The notes under the pieces: generated by a model | Told to the model about the DNA's origin: nothing | Seen by the model: the letters and a program-made list of their open reading frames with translations, nothing else | The model's database searches: none | Made by a program: the position numbers and the translations under genes | Shown: piece after piece, positions 11,571 through 24,381 of the stretch | Position numbering within the stretch: position 1 is the first letter of the stretch | How the letters are laid out: each line of letters begins with the position of its first letter | Assembly (NCBI GenBank): GCA_951406725.2 | Contig: OX597823.1 | Coordinates: 81,096,001-81,160,000 of the forward strand | Direction: 5' to 3' | DNA: 64,000 bases | Source: Octopus vulgaris | Lineage: Eukaryota

Positions 11571-11642
11571 GTCCATGTGGTCAAATGGTTAGGATTCCTG
11601 GCTTTCACCTGGAGGGACCAGGTTCGATTCCTGGCATGGTAA
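11571..11642 (+). pseudogene. tRNA-Glu(TTC)-derived pseudogene, copy 2 (intronic)
   Basis: Near-identical to 10264-10335. TTC anticodon and T-arm intact; acceptor and anticodon stems degenerate. Confidence 0.75.
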
Positions 11643-12126
11643 CCTGTTACATTAAGATGATACCATGCATAAATCACTGGAGCTGGTGCCAAGTAAAAAG
11701 GACTGATGATGGTGCCACCATCAAGGTACTCCTGACACTCTGTAAAGGGGTTGGTGTCTGGTATGTGGTATTTTCAACTGACTACTCTTACAAAAGCAAG
11801 CTGTTTTCAAGTCTCTAGATCAGCAGTTCTCAACAACAGTTTCCTGGGAGAAATGTCACTCTCAATGGTCTTCCCTCGATGAATATAAAATTTTTTTCTT
11901 TAATTGACTTGTTTTACTTTTTTTGGTACACACCTCCCCACCCCACCACCCAAAAAACAACGTAGGTTTTTGATCTGGCCCAGATATTAAAATCGTTGAG
12001 AATCACTGCTTAAAGTACTGTGTTTAATATTTAATTAATTCTATGTTGGTTTATTATGTTAAGAAATGTGCTTTCAATTTTCAGTATGATGTTGATAACG
12101 ATGTTTCTTTTTTCTCTTTATTACAG

Positions 12127-12250
12127 AATATTCACCATTCATTCATTTATCGAACACTTCATGAAAACCTATTGATCTTTTCTTCATCTTAATTAATCAT
12201 AATTTATTAAATTTTATAATTAAAAAATGAATAAAGTTTTAATTTCAAAT
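12127..12250 (+). other. Terminal exon of the SCO-spondin/mucin-like gene: last 2 nt of the split TAA stop plus a short 3'UTR
   Basis: Strong acceptor tttcttttttctctttattacag ends 12126. T(9604)+AA(12127-12128)=TAA. AATAAA follows at 12230-12235. End coordinate is approximate. Confidence 0.7.
12230..12235 (+). promoter_or_regulatory. Polyadenylation signal AATAAA of the + strand gene
   Basis: Canonical hexamer about 100 nt after the reconstructed stop, followed by T-rich sequence. Confidence 0.55.
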
Positions 12251-12326
12251 AACTCTTACCTTGTTTTTCCACCAAATTTTTTTGATATATGCAAAAAAAT
12301 TATATATCTATATATGTATAAAACAG

Positions 12327-12363
<37 letters not shown>

Positions 12364-14220
12364 ATGTTCCTTGTAGATTCAAGAACTGAGTATCCAATTT
12401 TGATGTATGAGGCATCAAAAGATTCAGTAATCTTTCAGCTATCAAATAAACAACAAGAACTCTTTTTTTACTACAAAAATAACCTCGAAAACAAGGTTGG
12501 GTTACACAATTTTGTGGTCTTTAGCTAAGGGAGGTAACTCTGCCTGAATAATCTTTATGTCTTAGAGCATAATGAGAAAATGTTTAAAATACATGAAGTT
12601 TTACCAGGGAATGAAATTTCGAACATACACCATTAGCTTTATTAATTTTATTTAATATATAATCTTTTAATGTGAAGTATGTTTGTCTGTGTTTTGTTTA
12701 GTCCAGAGTTGCTGCTGATGTTTTTGTGTTTTTTCCTGAAATACTGTAAATCTGTCTTTCTTTTGATGAAAGGACGTGTTTTAAGAGAGGTTTGTCTGCT
12801 ATTTTAGTAGTTCAATTTACCACAGAGACACCTCTGTGTGTGTGTGTGTGTGTATGCGTTTTGTTATGGTTAAAAGAAATAACTTTCTCTCAGAATATTT
12901 TGCACAATAAATTTCTAAGAAATCTGGACATCTTTCTTGTTGCTAACCATTCGACTTCAAATTACAATTGTTAATTTTTGGAAGTCAAGTAGACTGAGAT
13001 GTACATATAATGTTATTGTATAGAGTGGAAATTCAATACGAAGTTTTGAACTGATTATCATGTGGTTAGTAAATTTGGACTCATTATCATGTGGTTAGTA
13101 AATTTGAAGCCATTAAGTCTTTAAACATTATTTTACAGGGTTTAGTCTTTCGACTGTTGCTATGATGGGGTATCACCTTCAAAAATTTATTTCAATTTAT
13201 AGATCTCTGCTTGATGAACTTTGAGACATAGTGAGACACAATACTCGATTTAACAGCAAATATAAACTCACACACACACACACACACCATAACTGTGTGG
13301 TTGTGAAGTTTGCTTTCCAACCACATGGTTCCATATTCAGTCCCTCTGCATACTACCTTGGGCAAGTGTTTTCTACTATGGCCCTAGGCCAAACACAGAC
13401 TTGTGACTGAATCTAGTAGATGGAAACTGCAGCATTGTTCATCAGAAAATGACCGAAAAACATGTTTATGGAGAAGAGTTGTTTGCTTCATACTCCACAT
13501 GTGCTGATTCTGCCCATAAGAAAGGAACATATAATACAATGTGGCTGTAGGTCATAACACCTGGGCAACATCTGGATGCATTGATAGTAAAGAAATTGCA
13601 TAGTTATAGGTGCAGCTGTGCAAAAAAGGCAGCGAGCTGGCAGAAATGTTAGCATGCCGGGTGAAATGCTTAGCAGTATTTCGTCTGCTGTTATGTTCTG
13701 AGTTCAAATTCTGCCGAGGTCGACTTTGCCTTTCATCCTTTTGGGGTCACTAAATTAAGCACCAGTTACACACTGGGGTTGATGTAATCAACTTAATGTC
13801 CTTGCTTGTCCCCTTTATGTTTAGCCCCTTGTGGGCAGTAATGAAATAAGAATCTTGCTTCTCAACTATGTGATTCCAGGTTTGATCCCACTGCATGACA
13901 CCTTGGGCTGACCAAAGTATCGTGAGTGAATTTGGTACACAGAAACTGAAAGAAGCCCATTGTGTGTGTGTGTGTGTTTTTTTGTATCAATGTCTATCCT
14001 CCACCAGTGTAGGTGAGTTTACATTCTTGTAACTTAGTGGCTTGACAAAAGAGACAGTTAAAATGTGCCAGGCTTAAAAATACATAAGTACTGGGGTTGA
14101 TTCATTCAACTAAAAATTCTTCAAAGTAGTACTCCAGCATGGCCACAGGCTAATGACTGAAACAAGTAAAAAATTTTTTTAAATGGCATGTAATTTAACT
14201 TTCTAAAGTAGCAATAAAAT

Positions 14221-14395
14221 GTCACACATTTGTGACTTCTCCAGCAATCCTTCCCACCCACGTGTATCCTCCTGCTCCGCCTAGTCCGTTCTGTCAGGAA
14301 GATACACGTTGATGGAAAGAGTCGCTGAAGAGGTCACAGATGTGTGACGAAAGATTTCCAGACAATATACACAAGATAAAAAAAGAACAACAACG
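14221..14395 (+). mobile_element. Fold-back element, family 3, with hammerhead core motif
   Basis: 14221-14274 is an imperfect reverse complement of 14295-14348. The right arm contains CTGAAGA-G-GTCACA-gatg-TGTGAC-GAAA (14325-14352). Confidence 0.6.
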
Positions 14396-15565
14396 TCTTT
14401 TACTTGTTTCAATCATTGGACCATGGCCATTCTAGCAACAATTCTTCACATACTTTTCAACAGCAACAAGGACAATCACCAGCAAAGCCGTCACCACCAC
14501 GACCACCACCACAACAACAACAATAACTGACCCGGCGTCAGCCAGTCCTTAATTCAACCCACAGTTGATGACCGGGTCAGCAGCCAATTCTTCGACAACA
14601 ATTACAGCTACAACAAACACTTTGACCAGCTCTAATTTACCCACATTTTCATATCTGTTTCTTTATTACCCATAAGGGGCTAAACATTAGAGGGGACAAA
14701 CAAGGACAGACAAACGGATTAAGTCGATTATATCGACCCCAGTGCGTAACTGGTACTTAATTTATCGATCCCGAAAGAAGGAAAGGCAAAGTCGACCTCG
14801 GCGGAATTTGAACTCAGAACCGCATTTTCATATCACTAACTACTAAATCAAAAGAAATTCAATTTATTGCATCTTTAGCGACTTCAGATAGTTGCATCTT
14901 TATTTCAAAAGTGGATTCTCAGAAATAGTTTCTCGTACGAGTTAACTCCCTCTAATTTAGGTTAGCAATAGTTATTTCCCCTTATTTCGATTCGTATTAA
15001 CGTAAACGTTTTCTGAGAATTGAAATTATTTCAAAAGTGGATAAAACATATTCTCATACTGGGGTGAAGGGGCTGAGATTCTAACTGGGGGTGCTGAGCA
15101 CCCCATAGCCCCCCGCCCGTAGTTACGTGCCTGACGTGTAGCTACGACTTTCTCACACGCACAAGCGAGCAGTACGACTGGCTCCTTTTACTAAGTTCAC
15201 TCACAAAGCTATGGCAGAAGAGACTTGACCGAGGCGCCACACCGTGGGACTGAACCCAAGATACATGGTCGGGAACCAAGCATCTTAACCACACAACCAA
15301 TTCTACGCTCCTTTTTTTTTTATCGCAATAACTTCAGAATAAAGAAAATTAATACCTATTGCTGTTTATACTCATTTACTTGTTTCAGTCATTTGACTGT
15401 GGCCATGCTGGAACACCGCCTTTAGTCGAACAAATCGACCTCAGGACTTATTCTTTGTAAGCCTAGTACTTATTCTCTTGTGCCGAACTTCTAAGTTACG
15501 GGGACATAAACACACCAGCATCAGTTGTCAAGTGATGTTGGGAGGACAAACACAAACACACAACC

Positions 15566-15605
<40 letters not shown>

Positions 15606-15973
15606 GATGGGCTTCTTTTAGTTTCTGTCTACCAAATCCACTCACAAGGCTTTGGTCGACCCGAGGCTATAGTAGAAAACACTTGCCCAAGGTGCTATGC
15701 AGTGGGACTGAACCTGGAACTATGTGGTTGGTAAGCAGGCTACTTACCAGAGCCACTCCTATGCCTACTTAGCATTGTAAATGTATTTTTTTCAAAATTC
15801 TTACTATTTTAGAAGGTGCAGGCATGGCTGTGTAGTAAGAAGCATGTTTCCCAATTGCATGGTTCTAGGTTCAGTTCCACTGCATGGCACCTTGGGCAAA
15901 TGTCTTCTACTATAGCCTTGGCTCGACCAAAGCCTTGTGAGTAGATTTGGTAGAGGGAAACTGAAAGAAACTC

Positions 15974-16021
<48 letters not shown>

Positions 16022-16245
16022 TTTATATGTTTGTGTGTCTTTGTGTCTGTGTCTGTCCCTCTACCATGACTTGACAACTGATTGTTGCTGCATGTTTGCA
16101 TCTCTGTAACTTAGCAGTTCAGCAAAAGACACCGATAGAATAAGTACGAGGCTTACAAAAAATAAGTCCTGGGGGTTGATTTGTTTGACTAACAGCAGTG
16201 CTCCAGCATGGCCGCAGTCAAACGACTAAAACAAATAAAAGAATT

Positions 16246-16462
16246 TTATTTACATTTGACAGATTTTTATCCTCATCTTGTTTGTTGTTAACACAACATT
16301 TCGGCTGATGTACTCTCCAGCCTTCATCAGGTGTCCTGGGGAAATTTCGAATCTAAGGTATTTTTCCCATGTTATTATTATTCAGGTCACTGCTTAAGAT
16401 GGAATTGAACTCGGAATCTTGGGGTTAGTAGCCTGCGCTCTTAGCCACTAAGCCATATGCCC
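16246..16462 (-). mobile_element. Second copy of the tRNA-headed, hammerhead-tailed element
   Basis: Reverse complement matches 8988-9235 (head gggcatatggct(t)agtggctaagagcgcaggctactaacc…, tail …cctgatgaaggctgg…cagccgaaa…aacaagatgagg). Confidence 0.8.
16290..16335 (-). ncRNA. Putative minimal type-I hammerhead ribozyme (Penelope-type)
   Basis: Minus strand reads GACAC-CTGATGA-A-GGCTG-gagagtacat-CAGCC-GAAA-TG-TT-GTGTT: stem I GACAC/GTGTT, intact CUGAUGA and GAAA, 5-bp stem II. The stem-III palindrome ACGT has decayed to ATGT in this copy. Confidence 0.6.
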
Positions 16463-18789
16463 ATGTTTCATTTATGCCTCAGTAAATAATAATAAAAAAT
16501 AAAAAATAAACAATATAATAATTAAAATAAGCATGTAGATCACATAAATTTAGCAGCCAACATCTTAAGGGTTTTTAGACATTGAAAAGTAAACTAACAA
16601 GTAATCTAAAGTAAGCTCCCTTTAAATTATAGATCACATACCAAAGTAGCACCACTTACTCTATTGGTCTCTTTTGTCACGCTGTGTCTTTGGAGTACTC
16701 AGCAACATCCACATTAATTTCATGTGCAGGATATTCCATTCCATTGATCAACTGATACCCTTGTCATAACTGACGGAATGCCAGAAAAAGTAAAATGCAT
16801 GGCTTCTTGTTTATTCTTCAACTGTAGTCTTGTATTTTGGTCTTTTACTAATGAATTTTACAACTGTTATTCTTTATATCTTTAACCTTTAAACCAGCCA
16901 TATTCAGCCAAAATATTCCATCTGACCAGATTTGGCCTCTCACACCTACCTTACAAATATCACTCTAATATATAAAGAATCATATTATTGAAACCTCAAA
17001 GCATCAAGCTAACTCATGATTAATTCAAAACAATGTGAATAAATAAGCATTACATTTGACAGAGTAGTCTGAATGCTAAATGTCAAGATCAGCTGTTTGC
17101 AGTTCTCTTATTTCTTTGCTGCCCACAAGGGGTTAAATGTAGAGGGGATAAACAAGGACAGACAAAGGGATTAAGTTGATTACATCGACCCCAGTGCGTA
17201 ACTGGTACTTAATTTATCGACCCCAAAAGGATGAAAAGCAAAGTCAACCTCGATGGAATTTGAACTCAGAATGTAAAGACGGACAAGATACCTATTTCTT
17301 TACTACCCACAAGGGGCTAAACACAGAGGGGACAAACAAGGACAGACAAAGGGATTAAGTCGATTACATCGACCCCAGTGCGTAACTGGTACTTAATTTA
17401 TCAACCCTGAAAAGATGAAAGGCAAAGTCAACCTTGGCGGAATTTGAACTCAGAACGTAAAGATGGACAAAATACTTCTCAGCAGTTTGCCTGGTGTGCT
17501 AACGATTCTGCCAGCTCGCCGCCTTATTATTTGCAGAACTGTTTGCAGTTCTCAGGCACAATATTGCTACCCCAGTTTACCTTCAAAGCATTTCTGTATT
17601 CTAAGTTCAAAGCCAACTGGAGTCAACTTCATTTTTCATCCATTTTGGGGTCACTAAATAAAGAACCAGTGAAGTACAGGGATTGGTTCTCTTTCTTGGA
17701 ACCAGCTACATTTTGCAATGAGGATTTTAAGGAATCAGTTATAATATTCTTTACTCCAGAAACGGTGACCGTTTGAATAAAGGACTAGCAACTTCTCATA
17801 GTAAAACTGATATGCTACAGGAACTGTCCAAGGACTGACACATGGTACAATATGGAAAGGAAATATAACACAAGTAAACAGATACAAATATACCCAGGTA
17901 TGTCTTCTGCATGAAAAGTTATAATCTAATTTATATACTCTGATCATAGCACACTTAACATGTGATCAAATAATCAAAATTTCAAACATACAATAATCAA
18001 GTTTAAGAAAGATTTCCAAATGATCTAGAACTGAACATTCATCTTGTTATATAAATAGATACCAGTGAGCTGAAACATAAGAGAAATAAGTCAATTCTAT
18101 TGCAGGTAAATCAACAATTTATTTGTAGTAAATTTTAAATGTAAAAAAATATTTATTATTAATTTCCAATTAAATCGAGAAATAAAATCTCAGATAAACG
18201 ACCTTATTATTTAAATTTACATGTATATATATTTTTAATTTCTGACTGAAACACAGAAAAATGTCATGATGCTTTAGAAATAAAAATTTATCTTAGAGAT
18301 TAGTAATGTAAAGGTATTTTCAAAGCTTTGAATGTTTTATTCTTATTTGTATTGCTTCTATTAATCAATCCTATGTCTAACATTCCTTTGTACCATCAAT
18401 TCCATAAGCTGAAAGCATGCATATATGTAAAAAATTAGAATGAGAAAGGAATAAACAGTTATGTTGTGAACTCCATTAGCTTACAACTGTTCCTGCTGTA
18501 ATATGCAATACACTCATGGTTGAATGCTTCAGTATCACCCTCACTTCATCAGAGCTTCAAACATGAGTGCATTGCATATTATAGCAGAAACAGCTGTAAG
18601 CTAATGAAGTTCATAACCTGTTTGTTCCTTTCTCTTTCTAATTTCTTATTATCACTGTGCTTAACTGACACTTTGTTCAGAAGCATATGTATATTGAGCT
18701 TATTTGTATTGCTATGCCTAAGCGATATATATATATATATATACACACACACAGGTACAACATTGACTTTCTGGACACTGGTGGTCTGG

Positions 18790-19064
18790 ATCCTCTAGTA
18801 ATCCACACCAAGTTCCAACCAGGAACTTGGTGTGGATTACAATAGTAACTCCATCTGGAACCACCGCTGAGGCAGGATTCATTTTCATCTCCACTGAGAA
18901 CAGTCGCAAAATAGGACCGTTATCGACCTGGGAGGAGGCGGGATAGTCGGAGAGATCCACTTATAGAAGGCCTCTATAGCAGGCATAGGGATTGGGCACC
19001 CCTGCTGCGCATCCTCGCCCAATATGTCTGCAAGGAGCCTCTTTCTATCTTCCCGTCACTGCCT
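18790..19064 (-). mobile_element. R2/NeSL-like (restriction-endonuclease clade) retrotransposon fragment
   Basis: GC-rich island. Reads REDRKRLLADILGEDAQQGCPIPMPAIEAFYK, then after a frameshift …MKMNPASAVVPDGVT, resembling the pre-RT region and SAPGPDG motif of R2-like proteins. Recognised by eye. Confidence 0.5.
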
Positions 19065-22000
19065 GACTAGTTTACTGGTACCTAACATAATACAGTAGTA
19101 ATTGAATTTGGATCATTTATATAGTTGGGTACAGGTACCTGTATTTCATTTGATTCATCATCATTTAACATTCCTTTTTTTCCATGCTGGCATGGGTTGG
19201 TCAGTCTAACAAGAGCAGATGAGCCAGAGGACTCTGCCAGATTCTGTGTCTGCTTTGGCTTGATTTCTACTGCTGGATGCCCTTGCTAACAACAACCACA
19301 CTCTCTCTTATGTAAATTTAATATTTAATTCAAAGTGTATTGACTAAGGTGGCCATCTCTGGATAGGGAGGGGAAAAAAAAAAAAAAAAAAATCGATGTT
19401 ATACCTGTGTATGTATATATAACAACTACTAGCCCTTTGGATACCAACCCACCTGAGACTACACCTGGTTCAATGAAAGAAACTTGCTATTTTTAAGTAA
19501 ATTATAAACCCCTCACAATACCATGCTCATTATTGTACCAAACCCCAGCTTAATAACGACAAAATTATTTTACTTAATTCTTTATTATTTCCAAAATTTA
19601 TTGAAGCAATAGTGTATATCCAGAGATATGTGGTAATGAAACGGTTAAAATTGTAATCACAGCTTTTCTTAACAAAAATTAACAATACTTTCTTCTAAGT
19701 TATGTTTGACATTAAGGTTTGTTTGTCAACACAACAAACTTCTTGTTCTGACCTTGTAATTCATTAGTTATATTTTAACTTCTGCATTTTTTTTTTTCAA
19801 GTTACAGAAAATTAAGACAATCTAAATGATGTTCATATTAGATTTAGTTATCAAAACAATTTTATTTAAAAATATCATTTCTATTTTTAATATTTACAAT
19901 AATTTATTTCAACAGCATTTATGATCATCTTTGTAGGTCTAATCCCTTAAATAAAACCGAAAATATTGAAGAAAAATAATTCACATATATCAGGCTATTA
20001 ACCTCATCGTTTATGCTTAAATTTACACAATGCTTTAATTGGATCGAAAGTAGCAAAACGAATTTCAAAAGAAGCGTTTAACAGCCTTGAAAAATTAAAA
20101 ATATTGTGAAAACTCATAATTGTGACTTAACTATTCTAGGATTAGTAATGGCCGGGTGGTTAAGAATCTCACTTTGTGACAACGTAGTTTTGAGTTCGGT
20201 CTTACTGCATGGCACCTACTATAACTTCAGCCATCCAATGCCTTGTAAAGGAACCCGGTGTATGGAAACTGTATGGAACCCCATCATATATATACACAAT
20301 CATGTGGCTTTGGGTTCAGTCCCACAGCATGGCACTTTGGGCAAGTGCCTTCTGCAATAGCCTAAGGCCATCTGAAGCCTTGAGATAGAATTTGGTAGGT
20401 GGATGTTCCCTTCGTGTGTGTATACATGTGTCCAAAAGTGACTGCACCTCCTTTAATACAAACACACATTATGTATGTGTGTGTGTGTCTTTGTGTTTGT
20501 CCCCACCTGCATGACAACCAGTGTTGTTTACATACCTGTAACACAATGATTTGCCAAAGGAGACCAATAGAACAAGTACCAGACCTTAAGAAATAAGTAC
20601 AGGGGTCAATCTAATCAAACGGAACCCTTCAAGGCAGTGCCTTTGCAATGCCACATTCCAATGACGGAAACAAAGCTAGTTTTACATTTTCCTGATAAAT
20701 CGACAAATTCATCATTTTAACATCCACACTCAACATGGTTGGACGGAATTTGCTGAGGTGGAAGATTGGAAACAAAACACACTGCTTCTATGACGGTGAC
20801 TCTCGTTTACAACTATCACAAGGTCCATGCAAGGAGACAGTAACATACACACACACACATAAGGCTCTGGTTGGCCCAAGGCTATAGAAGAAGACACTTG
20901 CCCAAGGTACCATACAGTGGGACTGAACCTGAAACCATTTAGTTGGAAAGCAAACTTCTTACCACGCAGCCACACCTGCACCTACAATTCTGCAAATAAA
21001 TATATCTAATTATATCTGATTTAACAAAAAAATTATTAATTTAAATTTAAGCAGGCATCAATTACTTTTACTTTGTATAAAAGTGAATTCCTGCAAGATA
21101 AACTTATGCACTTTGTTACTTATAAACTTCACATTCAGATTTTAACTATCCTTTACTTCTTTCAATCAGTGGACTGTGGGCCATTCTGGGGCACCATCTT
21201 GATGGGTCTCTTCTGCCAAACTAAGTTACAGGGGACATAAACAAACCAACAATGGTTATCAAGCAATAGTGGGCCACAAAGCCAGACACACACATACATA
21301 CATACATATATATATATACAGATACACACACACATGCACATGTGCTTCCACACAGTTTCTATCTACCAAATTTACTCACGAAACACTTGCCCACGGTGCT
21401 GCACTATGGAATTGAACCTGAAACCACATATCCATGCCTATGTGGAGTTGCAAAATACAAAAAAAAAAATCTTTTGCTAAGAACCATTCATAAGTCACAC
21501 ACGAGAAAAATAACCAAAATAACAAAAATTAAGAAAATACCATCTTTATATATATTTATGATATCGTAACTATATCCACTCGGGACTTACAATTAGCTAG
21601 CTTTTGCATTATCTCATTTGCTCTAAATGTGTGCAGCAGCTAAAAAAAAGCATTGGATAGTTTTAATTTATATATATATATAATACATTATAAAGAAAAA
21701 GAAAATTTTATATTTAAATAAAAAATGCAAAATATTTTATTTGTGGAATTACTTTCAAAATCACAATTGGTGTTTTTTGCTTGTTTGTTATTTTTTTTAG
21801 TATTTTTTTATTATTTATGTGATAAATTTAACAAATTTGTAATAAAAAATATTTGCAAATATACAATAAATCATTGCTGCCAAATATACAAATAAACCAC
21901 TTGTCTGGCATGTTCCTAATACAGAGGAAATATAGTAAATTAACACTATTAGTTTAAAAACTACCTTACTAATTTTCTAATGTAGGATGCAACAATTAAT

Positions 22001-23912
22001 TAATTAATTAATTCTAATGTAAAATGTAATAATTAGGTCTTGCTGAGAAATTAAATGATTATATGGTTTACTTTACATTTAATATCTACATTTATATGTA
22101 AAATATTTAAAGTAATTATATTATGTCCAAAAGTAACAGATTTTTGAGTAATATGCCCAAATAAATAAATAATATCAATTTAAATTTAAAATGTCTACAT
22201 TAGACATAGTTCTTAAAGGCATAGAATGTTTGGTGTTGGCCAAGAGCAAAATTAAAGAATTGCAATGAGATATGAAATCTGATGGTCCAGGAATCAAGAG
22301 TAAGTTATCTTGTCTACTTGATAATTTCACATGTCACTGATGCAGGGGATAAAAAATTTATCTCAGCAGGATTTGAACTTGGAACAGAAAGTTGCGTTTT
22401 TAAACACTGCCAGGTAATTTATCCATCGTTTTATCAATTTTGCCAGTATATCACATTAGTGTTTATTGTTGTTGTTATTATCATCATCATAAGCATAATT
22501 AATAATTGTTTCAAATTTTGGGACAAGGCCAGAAATTTTTTTTAAGGGAAGGGGCAGTCAGTCGATTTTTATTGATCACAACATTTGATTGGTATTTTAT
22601 TTTATTGACCCTGAAAGGGATGAAAGGCAAAGCTGACCATGCCAGGATTTGAACTCAAAATGCAGAGAGCCAGAAAAAAATACCTCAAGACATTTTGTCT
22701 GCTGCACTAAAGATTCTGCCAGCTTGCTGCCTTTATAAGCATTATTGATAATCCTTTCTGCTGTAGGCCTGAAATTTCAAGGGATTGGGATGGGATGGGG
22801 GGTGGGGTGTCTAGTCGATTTCATCAATTCCAGTGCGTAACTGGTACATACTTCATCGACCCCGAAAGGATGAAAGGCAAATTCAATCTCAGTGGAATTT
22901 GAACTCAAAATGCAAAGAGCTGGAAGAAATGCCACTTGACATTTTGTCTGCTGCACAAATGATTTGGCAAGCTTGCTGCCTTCATAAGCACTATGAATGA
23001 TAAAAATGATGATAATCTATAATTTAGGCACAAGGCCTGCAATTTAGAGGGAGGAGATTAGTCAGTTTGATTGAACCCAACTCTAGATTGGTACTATATT
23101 TTCTCAATCTTGGAGGGATGAAAGGCAGTCAACATAGGCAGGATTTGACTTCATAATAAAGGGCTAGAACAAATATCGCAAGGCATTTTGTTTGAGAGCC
23201 TAATAATTCCGCCAATCTTCTACAGTCTTCTCCAAATAATTAATATTACTAATAAATAACAACAACTTTAGTTAATAAAATAAAAAACAGATTTTTAAAA
23301 TTAAGAAATATAGGAATTCTTCTTTTACTTATTGTTTAAAAGGGAATATATATAAATATAGTAATTGATAAGCAACTAAAAGAAATTCCTATACATTGAC
23401 TGCAATACAAGCTTTAAAAATAAAAAAATGAAAAAGTATTTAGCTCAGAATATAATTTAACTTATTACAGTTTTTCACTTTGTAATAGAGCTCTTGTATG
23501 TACATCTGATTGTTGGATCTTGTGTTTTAAGACTGTTCATTAACTGTGTATAGTTTCATTAATTTTAATTATAACATTTACATTTGATAGTTATTTACAA
23601 TTAATAACATCAGATTTCAAACGAAAAAAAAAAAGAATTTTTCTTCCTTAAAACAGATAATTGCAGGAGTTTAATAAATTTAATTACACATATATATATA
23701 CACATATATATATATGTCAAAACTTAGATTTAAAAAAAAAAACCTTAAGATTATAAGAGCAAAAGTATATCTTTTTTTGATTTGGTTACAAACTTAACTG
23801 TAATTTTTTTTTTTAAATTTAGAAAAAATAAGCTAAACAAAAAAAAAAGTCAGCAAAAAATCATTTCTCTCCGGGGGGAAAAAATAATGTAAAAAAAGTT
23901 TATTTTAGATTT

Positions 23913-24005
23913 TTAACCGAGATCAACAGATTCAGATGAAGAAGAAGCTTTCGTAGTTGGCTCCCTTACAGTGAGATTTTCCCTGCATATTGGACAGTTT
24001 CCATG
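23913..24005 (-). CDS. RNF115/RNF126-like RING-H2 E3 ubiquitin ligase, last coding exon
   Basis: Acceptor tatcttttcag. Reads HGNCPICRENLTVREPTTKASSSSESVDLG*, which supplies the last CxxC of the RING. Confidence 0.92.
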   Translation of the reverse strand, partial: HGNCPICRENLTVREPTTKASSSSESVDLG

Positions 24006-24337
24006 CTGAAAAGATAAAATAGAAACTCAAGTTTGAAACACGATGACAGTGTGCAAGAAAGAAGACTTAGAAAGTACAGGCATTTAGGTGAATGTAGAGG
24101 GAATGACAGCTTTATAAAGCAAACTCTTTACTCTTTTACTTGTTTCAGTCATTTGACTGTGGCCATGCTGGAGCACTGCCTTTAGTCAAGCACATCGACC
24201 CCAGGACTTGTTCTTTGTAAGCCTAGTACTTATTCTATCAGTCTCTTTTGCCAAACCACTAAGTTATGGGGATTTAAACACACCAGCATTTCTTATCAAG
24301 CAATGTTGGGAGGACAAACACACACATATACACATCC

Positions 24338-24381
<44 letters not shown>

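Larger units (their letters stand above)
10118..11752 (+). repeat. Local ~330-bp direct duplication (about 10118-10450 and 11420-11752) containing the tRNA-Glu copies
   Basis: Both copies share about 145 bp upstream (…ctagctatcattac…gtcagaaaaggttga…gtacatctgaattctgcatacaataatctc…) and about 110 bp downstream of the tRNA. Confidence 0.9.

Noticed and set aside
21450-23912. Precise 3'UTR end and poly(A) site of the E3-ligase gene
   Set aside because: Many candidate AATAAA hexamers in very AT-rich DNA; none can be singled out from sequence alone.
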